Below, piece after piece: positions 55,378 to 64,000 of a DNA stretch of 64,000 nt. Every line of letters starts with the position of its first letter. Position 1 is the first letter of the stretch. Below the pieces are notes generated by a model, which ran no database searches, had not been told where the DNA came from, and was given only the letters and a program-made list of their open reading frames with translations. The DNA is from Octopus vulgaris (Eukaryota), in assembly GCA_951406725.2 (NCBI GenBank), contig OX597835.1:24738001-24802000 (forward strand). The letters run 5' to 3'. The translations under genes were made by a program, and so were the position numbers.

Positions 55378-56140
55378 ATTCTTTTCTACCCTAGGAACAA
55401 GGCCCGAATTTTTTTTTTGGTGGGGGGGAGCCAGTCGATTAGATTGTATGAATGAATGTATGTATGTATGTATGTATGTATTTATTTATGCATGAATGAT
55501 GTATGAATGTATGAATGTATATGTATGAATGTATGTTTGTATGAATGTATGAATGTATGTTTGTATGAATGTATGTATGTATGTATGTATGTATGTATGT
55601 ATGCATGCATATAACTATGTTATGGTTGAGAGTATTTGAACTGCATATATGTTAATGGTTACGCATCAATGCATGAAGCCTATCGAATCGGAAGAAATGT
55701 CGCAAAGCATTTTGTTCGACGCGCAGAGAATTCTACCAGCAGGGAGGGATTTAAACAATTACAGCAACCCCACTTTCCAGCTGGTACTTATTCTATCGAC
55801 CCAGATGGGGATGGAAGACAAATTTGACTATAGCGGAATTTGAACTCAGAACGTAAAGACGGAAGAAATGCTCCTAAGCAGTTTGCTCGACGCACCAACA
55901 ATTCTACCAGCTCACCGGCTTCACTAATAACAATAATCCTGTCTAATAAAGGCACAGTGTCTGAAATTTTGGGGAGGGGACTAATCGATTACATCGATTC
56001 CCAGGGTTTCACTGGTACTTGATTTATCGATCCTGAAAGGATGAAAGACAAAGTCGACCTTGGCGGAATTTGAACTCAGAACGTAAGTACGGACGAAATA
56101 CTGCTATGCATTTAACCCAGCATGCCAACGATTCTGCCAG
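55378..56140 (-). mobile_element. Three SINE A pieces (55378-55445, 55690-55920, 55935-56140)
   Basis: GGCGGAATTTGAACTCAGAACGTAA cores and tails. Confidence 0.8.
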
Positions 56141-56544
56141 AGGAATAATATCTTGACTTAAGACATAACTAAGAAAATAACATCAGACAGCATTATATAT
56201 ATATATATATAAAAAAAAACTAGTTAAATGGGAGACTTACTTTACAGTTAACGATCCCAAAGATAATTTCCATATTAACCTTAGACCTACACTAATTCAC
56301 TTTGCTATGACAGAAGTGGAACTAATTAATTATAAGAAAGCTTAGTGATTAATTAAGAAAGAGACTAATTAACAACAGAAATACAAATCGTAACATAGTT
56401 ATCGAAAGTATTTTTTTTTTTGTTAAAAGCTTAGAGACAAAAGGAATTCTATATTTACGAAATTTAATATCATTGACTGTTATTCGTCAGTAATCGTTTC
56501 TCTCGTTAATAACGCATAAGATATTGTGATATGGAGAAGATTGA

Positions 56545-56650
56545 CCTAGAAATAATCTTACATGCTATAAAAACAACAACTTGCTATTTGATAAGGGCTC
56601 TGGTTTTGTGAAGAAATTCAACACTGCAGACGACATCTTCTATGTGGGTA
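56545..56650 (+). pseudogene. Possible ancient LINE reverse-transcriptase fragment
   Basis: RNNLTCYKNNNLLFDKGSGFVKKFNTADDIF weakly resembles the NNLL..QxGFRxxRSTxDxI motif of non-LTR RTs. Short and unverified. Confidence 0.25.
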
Positions 56651-57044
56651 TGTGATCATGCAACAGTGTAGATATGTGCAACGAATTAGGCTTGTTCATA
56701 CTAGGACAAGCCATGATATTGGTCTATCTATGGACGACTGATTGATGGCGGTTATCAAAGGACATTTATGCAGTAAGCCGAGAAAGTAACTTCTGAACAC
56801 TTACAACCAGTTACTACTAAACTCAGTTGTCAGGTGTGGCAGCCACCGCGCAGAAACCTTCGTCAGGCCAAGATCATTGTGCAGAATATTCTCAACTCAC
56901 TCACGGGATATACTAAAAGCATTGGCTATTTGATTAATAGTCAATCGCCTGTCACCCATTAATGGTGTAGTATTTTTAGAAAGCTGAAATGACGCAAATT
57001 GCACTGTGACCAGCGATCACGTAATTACGTGATATATATATATG

Positions 57045-57106
<62 letters not shown>

Positions 57107-57147
57107 TACATATATACATACATACACACACACACATATATATATAT

Positions 57148-57272
57148 ATTGGCCTGCTCGCTTAGCCAGCGGGGTGGCGTCATTTGAAGGCTAAAACAAT
57201 GCGAAGCGCATTGTGACCAGCGATGTGTAACAACATCTGGTAGCCTGGTCGGTCACGGTGATCACTGTGATG
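57148..57272 (-). repeat. Short repeat embedded in (TA)n
   Basis: Reverse complement of 38522-38624. A partial third copy lies at about 56975-57033. Confidence 0.8.
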
Positions 57273-57957
57273 TATATATATATATATATATACATATATG
57301 AGTGTGCGTGTGTGTATCTGTAGTGTGGAGTGGTGTATGGGTGTGTCTCTATTAGAGCCTCAAAGTCAAGTTGGATGTGCTGTTTTGAACACTGTAGGCT
57401 GCGGTAAACTTTCCGAGAAAGAAAAAAACTACCTACAAAAATCATCTCGTATAGATGTTAGATGCTACAAAAGCACAGACAATATCGTCAAGATGATAAG
57501 ATGATATTTTGTTGGCACCAGCGGATGGCTTTGTTGCATCACGTGATTTCATCTCAATTGTCAGTATGAGATAAATTTTCAGGACGTCTACCGCAGTCAA
57601 TTGCGTTATATATATACACACACTTTAGGTTGTTTGATATGAGTATGTATTGCTTAATGTATATGCATTTTAGGGTGAACATTTTTTTAAACGGATATAT
57701 CTTTGAATTTACTTAAATATATTATTATTTGTTACTACTAATTATTTACCCTGGGTATTCAGGTCTTTTTTCCTAGAAGGTTTTCTCCGATTTTTATAAT
57801 AATATGATTTTAAACCGCAATTCTAATTTCAATGTAACCGGTTATTGAAAAGACCGGTAGCTGAAAGGACCAATGAAACAAAAACATTTTCAAATGTATG
57901 TCTATCAAAGTAACTATATATTTATACATATAAGCTTGTTTTGTTTCATTCTAAATA

Positions 57958-58102
57958 AAACTGTCCGACGAACGGGAACATGAAACACTGAGTAACATTT
58001 TTGTGATATTTTTGGTGCTTTCTTAATAAAGCATACTACTCTACCTTCGGTATTCGAGTACTATTTCTTCCACCTTGTTTCACATTTATGTGCTTACTCC
58101 GG
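57958..58102 (+). mobile_element. Family H2 copy with a hammerhead-like motif at 57961-57997
   Basis: CTGT-CCGACGA-ACG-GGAA-CAT-GAAA-CACTGAGTA-ACA. Ends CTCCGG|(TA)n. Confidence 0.7.
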
Positions 58103-58123
58103 TATATATATATATATATATAC

Positions 58124-58158
<35 letters not shown>

Positions 58159-58370
58159 CATGCCTACATACACACATGCATACATATACATACATGTATA
58201 CATATATACACATATACATACGCAGGTACGTACGTACCTACATACAAACAAAAAAGCATAATACGTATATATGTGTGTCTGTTTGTAAGCGTAGCTTCAC
58301 TTTCGTTTATGCACATATAAATACATATATGCATGTGTGTGCGTATATATAGGTTGTCCGTGTGTGTGTC

Positions 58371-58478
<108 letters not shown>

Positions 58479-58566
58479 ATACATACATATATATATATAT
58501 ATATGTATGTATATATATATATAACATATAGTATATATATACATGTATATACATACATACATACAT

Positions 58567-58627
<61 letters not shown>

Positions 58628-59194
58628 TGTATGTTATTAATATGTTTGAAGTTTTGTATTTTCAATGAGCCAATCCACACAGCTTTTCTGTCCCAAAGGA
58701 CAATATCGTATGTTCATCAACAAAATACATGTTTTTGCCACCTCTTCCTCCTCCTTCTCCTCGTCCTCCTGCGCTTCTTCCTCTTCTCCTCCTCGTCCTC
58801 CTTCGTTTTTCTTCAATATTCCAACAGTATTCTTTATTTTCAAATATCTGGAATAGATTCCATGTTTTTTTATTTGGGTCGGTGGGAGCCATCTTTGATG
58901 TCTGTCATCTTTGTTCCCTCCGGGTTACCTCCCCTGTATGTTGAACGCCAATAATTTCTTTATTTTTTTTTCGCTTTTTGTTGATATTTTCCTCTACGTT
59001 TTGTGGGGGAATGAGGCGGGGATTCTTTACTTGTTAGTTTATTTGTTACTCCCAAAAATACATGCAAATAAATCAGATTTTCGTGTAAGTTTCACTTGAA
59101 GACAAGTGACACACGTGCATACATATGTAATATTTATATATATATATATATATATAAATTTATATACATGAATATTAACATATATTTATAGTTT

Positions 59195-59226
<32 letters not shown>

Positions 59227-59244
59227 CGCAAACATTTCTATATT

Positions 59245-59289
<45 letters not shown>

Positions 59290-59313
59290 TTATATATATA
59301 TGTGTGTGTGTGA

Positions 59314-59367
<54 letters not shown>

Positions 59368-59526
59368 ATTAGTTTTATATTCTTTGCTTGTAAATCCAAA
59401 GCTTGTTGCATGCCTCTGTGTAGAGACGAACGTTAGCTACTGACTGAGCGGTTGATTCCAAATAAGTCGAAATCGACGGGAGAACCCTTTCATATATAAA
59501 CGTCCATATGTGTGTCTGCACACACA

Positions 59527-59563
<37 letters not shown>

Positions 59564-59632
59564 AAGTCTAATAATATATATAAATGGGACAAAAACGCAA
59601 TAGAGTACAATAAAACATTCGGACAGATAGAC

Positions 59633-59949
59633 AGAAAATGCTAAAATGATTTTATCATGAAGAACATTTCAGTACCGGTTTCAGCCTTTGCGACTTTTTC
59701 AACTTAGAGTAAAGGATGAAAAACCATTAATTTGTGGGAAAATTAAATGAAATGTATTTTTTAAAAATATTTCCATTGTTTTCAAACGCAAGGGATATTT
59801 TCCTTTTTTTCTGCCTGCGTCTGTCTCTCTTTTTTTTACTCTTGTGGGTTCTTTAGCTCCCACTATTTCTCACCCTAAGCTGAAAAATCCGCAATGACTG
59901 AAACCGGTACAAAAATATTTTTCATGATAAAATTATTTTAGCATTTTCT
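59633..59949. mobile_element. Inverted-repeat element (arms about 75 bp), family H4, with a hammerhead-like motif in each arm
   Basis: Arms 59633-59710 and 59872-59949. Consensus AG-YTGAAAA-AGTC-GCAAW-GACT-GAAA-CCGGTA-CT. Confidence 0.6.
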
Positions 59950-60004
59950 ATCTTGTCTTATTTTGCTTATACTTATCAACTTGTGTGTTCTTTTTCAATC
60001 TTCT

Positions 60005-60104
<100 letters not shown>

Positions 60105-60161
60105 GCTTGCATACCTTCATATATACCTACTTACATACATATATGTGTATGTGTGTGTGTG

Positions 60162-60353
60162 TATAATTTAGAACAAGCAGTAAGCTGTCATTATAGTACT
60201 CGGAGTTTCGAATGTCGGAGCGAAGAGCTACGATGCGTTCTCGGGTTGCGTCTGTTGCCATTAATAGCCGACGAGAATGCATCGTAGCTCTTTACTCCGA
60301 CATTTGAAACTCCGAGTACTGTAATGACAACTTACTGTTTCTTCTAAATTATA
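60162..60353. mobile_element. Fold-back element, family H5, with a hammerhead-like motif at 60264-60322
   Basis: Arms of about 82 bp. ATAG-CCGACGA-GAATG...CATTT-GAAA-CTCCGAGTA-CTGT. Confidence 0.72.
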
Positions 60354-60428
60354 ACGCATATAAATAATCCTCTATTTACCTAATATCGAGTTCTCATTCT
60401 TCTGTTGTCACTTATTATTATTATTATG

Positions 60429-60474
<46 letters not shown>

Positions 60475-60486
60475 AGATCCAAATAG

Positions 60487-60905
60487 TCCTTTCTACTATA
60501 GGCACAAAGCCTGAAATTTTGGCGGAGGAAGCCGGTCGATAAGATCGATGCCAGTACACTACTGGTACTTAATTTATCGACCCCGAAAGGATGAAAACAA
60601 AATCGACCTAGGCGGGATTTGAAATCAGAACTTAAAGACAGACGGAAGCATAATCCAATAAGAACGCAAAAAAATTTTTATTTGGATTATAATTTAGTCT
60701 TATTCCTTGTCTTATTAAAGGCGGTGAGCTGGCAGAATCATTATCACGCCGTGCAAGATGTTCTGAGTTCAAATTCTGCCGAGGTTGACTTTGTTTTTCA
60801 TCCTTTCAAGGTCGATGAAAAAAGTACTAGTTACGTACTGGGGTCGATATAAGACAAAACCCACTCCCCCAATATTTCAGGCCCTTTCTCTTCGTAGAAA
60901 GGATT
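60487..60905. mobile_element. Two divergent SINE A copies (60487-60650 minus, 60718-60905 plus)
   Basis: Family A cores in opposite orientations. Confidence 0.82.
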
Positions 60906-61064
60906 ATTTGTATTATAATTTAGTCTTCGCCACACCCACAAAAAGGTTTTACCATCGTAAAACTAGGATTTTCTACGCTTGTAGGATTTGTGTATTGGTC
61001 TGGAATCCGACAGTGATGATAGCCCAGAACTCGTGCTGAGTGCTTCTCTTGAAATACCTTATTC

Positions 61065-61150
<86 letters not shown>

Positions 61151-61811
61151 ATTAATCGAAGTGTGTACATTATTATACATCCATTATGGTCTAGCTTACC
61201 AATCAGTTTGGCACTAGGAATTTAACGGAGTGTCAGGTAATAGTCAGATTATGTAACCTTGCGCTTACAGAGACAAACGGAGAGATAGTTACACACATTG
61301 ATGGATAGACAGACCGATAGACAGATAGAAACACGTACACATGCCATACATTTAAACAGAAGACACGTCCATACACACACATTGTTTATGTACATACATA
61401 CATACATACATACATACATACATACATACATACATACATACATACATACATACATACATACATACATACAAAATACTGATTACATAAAGACAGAAACAAA
61501 AACAGGATATTTCATTAAGGTAGCGTTACGAAAATTTAACCAATCACCAACAACACAACCGGCCAACCAACCAACCGGGTAATAAATAAATAAATGCCAA
61601 ATATTAAAACATCCGGGAAATATTCTTTTTTTTTTTTCTTCTTCTTCTTCTATTTGAGAAAGTTATTGTCAAGTGGATCGAGTTTTTGGTAAATAAAGCT
61701 TAGCAACTAATCTTCGGATGAACACAAGTTTTTTTTTTTTTTTCTCCTCTCTGAGACGTAAGTCGAGCTAAAACGGCGCCATACTGACGCCGAAGGCGGG
61801 AACTGTACTTA

Positions 61812-61891
61812 ATGGGTGAAAAACACTTCGAGCGCTACCTCGTGACGACTAAATTTCTTCAAGGGGAGATGACCGCAGTGTACTGCTTCAG
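61812..61891 (+). CDS. Speculative short ATG-containing exon ([26 protein letters not shown]...)
   Basis: CpG-containing unique island, in-frame upstream stop, ends at CAG|GTATTA. No homology recognised. Confidence 0.15.
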
Positions 61892-61980
61892 GTATTAGTG
61901 TATGTGGATATATTCTTTGTACATGCATTGGTATCTATGCAGATGTGCGCATGTGTTTCGTGCGTATGTATGTGCATAAG

Positions 61981-62039
<59 letters not shown>

Positions 62040-62204
62040 CATATACATATATATATATATGTATATATGTATATATATGTATGCATGTATGTATGTATAC
62101 ACATATACGTATATATATATACATACATAAATACATATATATATACATATGTATATATATATATATATATATATACATACATATATATATATATATATAC
62201 ACAC

Positions 62205-62265
<61 letters not shown>

Positions 62266-62452
62266 GTGTGTGTGTGTGTGTGTGTGTATGTATTAGTAAT
62301 TTGTGGTAAATCATTTTACCTTTGCCCATATAATACAGTAAATGAATTGATTGCATCGCAATCCTTAACATTTATATATATTGGATATATGTTATCCCAT
62401 GGTGGGTTGCATTTACAACCCCTATCTCAATTTGTATATATATATATATATA

Positions 62453-62630
62453 CCGTTTTTTAACGTGTGTAAGGAACCCTCGGGTATAAGGAACCCACTA
62501 ATTTTGGGGGGTTAAAATTTGGAAAAAAGGTTTCGTAAGGAATTATAATACAATCCATGTATAAGAAATTCCCATATTTTTTTACCTAATTTTAGACAAA
62601 AAAGCGTCCCTTATACATGTTAAAATACTG
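62453..62630. mobile_element. pogo/Tigger-like MITE
   Basis: TA|CCGTTTTTTAACGTGTGTAAGG ... CCTTATACATGTTAAAATACTG|TA. Confidence 0.75.
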
Positions 62631-62942
62631 TATATTTGCATTTGCATTTGTGTAACATTTCTCCGTTTATTTTTCCGTCTTTGTTTGCATATACATTCGC
62701 TGCTTTCTTCCAAGGAATCTAATGCTCTTAGCTTAGATTTTCCTTTGGGCTGGCCAGATTGGAGCAATCTCGAGTATAACCAACCGAAATTGCAAAAATA
62801 ATCTGGAACTCGACTGAGGAAAGAAAACTCCGAATGACCCGTCCTTGTTTTCTTTGTAACGTCTGTCTGGATGCTTTGTTGTCCCTTTTTTTTATCACGT
62901 AACTGTCTGGATGTTTTGCGCTCTTGTCCCATTTTTGTATTT

Positions 62943-63004
<62 letters not shown>

Positions 63005-63006
<2 letters not shown>

Positions 63007-63418
63007 CGCAGGAGTGGCTGTGTGGTAAGTAGCTTGCTTACCAACCACGTAGTTCCGGCTTCTGTCCCACTACGTGGCACCTTGGGCAAGTGTCTTCTAC
63101 TATAGCCTCGGGCTGACCAAAGCCTTCTGAGAGTATTTGGTAGACTGAAGCTGAAAGAAGCCCATCGTATATATATGTATGTGTATGTTTGTGTGTGTGT
63201 ATGTGTGTATGTGTGTGTGTTTGTGTCTGTGTTTGTCCCCCCAACATCGCTTGACAACCAATGCTGGTGTCTTTACGTCCCCGTAACTTAGCGGTTCGGT
63301 AAAAGAGACCGATAGAATAAGTACTAGGCTTACAAAGAATAAGATCTGGGGTCGATTTGCACGACTAAAGGCGGTGCTCCAGCATGGCCACAGTGGAATG
63401 ACTAAAACAAATAAAAGG
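63005..63418 (+). mobile_element. SINE family B, full length
   Basis: tRNA-like head, CCTTGGGCAAGTG, internal microsatellite and conserved tail. Confidence 0.9.
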
Positions 63419-63519
63419 ATTAAAAAAATATATGTACATAATTATAAAAATATAATTATGATTAAGGAGTCGAGGTGCTATCGCTTCTTGCAGCTCGTCG
63501 CCTTAAAATAAACTCTTCA

Positions 63520-63948
63520 ATCATAGGCACGAGGCCTGAAATTTTAGCGGGATGCGGATTATTTTGAATCCAGTAATTAACCGGAATTATTTTATCAAAC
63601 CCCGAAAGGAAGAAAGTCAAACTGGGCAACAATTGAACTCAGAACGTAAGAACGGACGAAATACCGCTAAGCATTTTTGTCCGACGGGCTTAACGATTCT
63701 GCCTGCTCGCTGCTGTAATATACAATAATTTGAAGGCGGCGAGCTGGTAGAATCGTTAGCACGCCGGGCGAAATGCTTAACAGTATTTCGTTTGCGGTTA
63801 CGTTCTGAGTTCAAATTCCGCCGAGGTCGACTTTGCCTTTCATCCTTTCGGGGTCGATTAAATAAGTACCAGTTACGCAGTGGGGTCAATATAATCGACT
63901 TAATCCGTTTGTCCCCTCTGTGTTTAGCCCCTTGTGGGTAGTAAAGAA
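63520..63948. mobile_element. Two divergent SINE A copies (63520-63712 minus, 63733-63948 plus)
   Basis: Head-to-head arrangement. The plus copy is near consensus. Confidence 0.88.
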
Positions 63949-64000
63949 AGAGTAATATACAATAGTTATGTTGATGATTACTAAAGACATTGAGAACAAT

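Noticed and set aside
62811-62845. CTGAGGA...CCGAATGACCCGTC as a hammerhead
   Set aside because: It has GAAT instead of GAAA and no valid NUH or stem I register.

Overview
This window is AT-rich eukaryotic DNA saturated with microsatellites, probably intronic or intergenic. The tRNA-derived SINE families look like octopus ones, which is recognition from memory and not a database result. I can support no complete protein-coding gene, rRNA, real tRNA or CRISPR array; almost all ORFs in the track are translated microsatellites. The window contains three SINE families (called A, B and C here), decayed Tc1, mariner and DD37D/maT transposons, hAT, pogo and piggyBac-like MITEs, RTE, R4-like and Tx1-like LINE fragments, and non-autonomous Helitrons. 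Three signals stand out. (1) At least five sequence-unrelated short repeat families, mostly fold-backs and mostly embedded in microsatellites, each carry a minimal type-I hammerhead ribozyme fold like those of Penelope-like elements. Three of them share a non-canonical CCGACGA core (U4C) although their stems differ. (2) A 1.79-kb composite Helitron with captured DNA is present as an exact head-to-tail CTAG|TC dimer inside a (TA)n tract. (3) A unique island at about 15.1-15.4 kb has a dense cluster of RFX, ERR/NR5A, NRF1 and ETS motifs. Coordinates of degenerate repeats are approximate and were read by eye.
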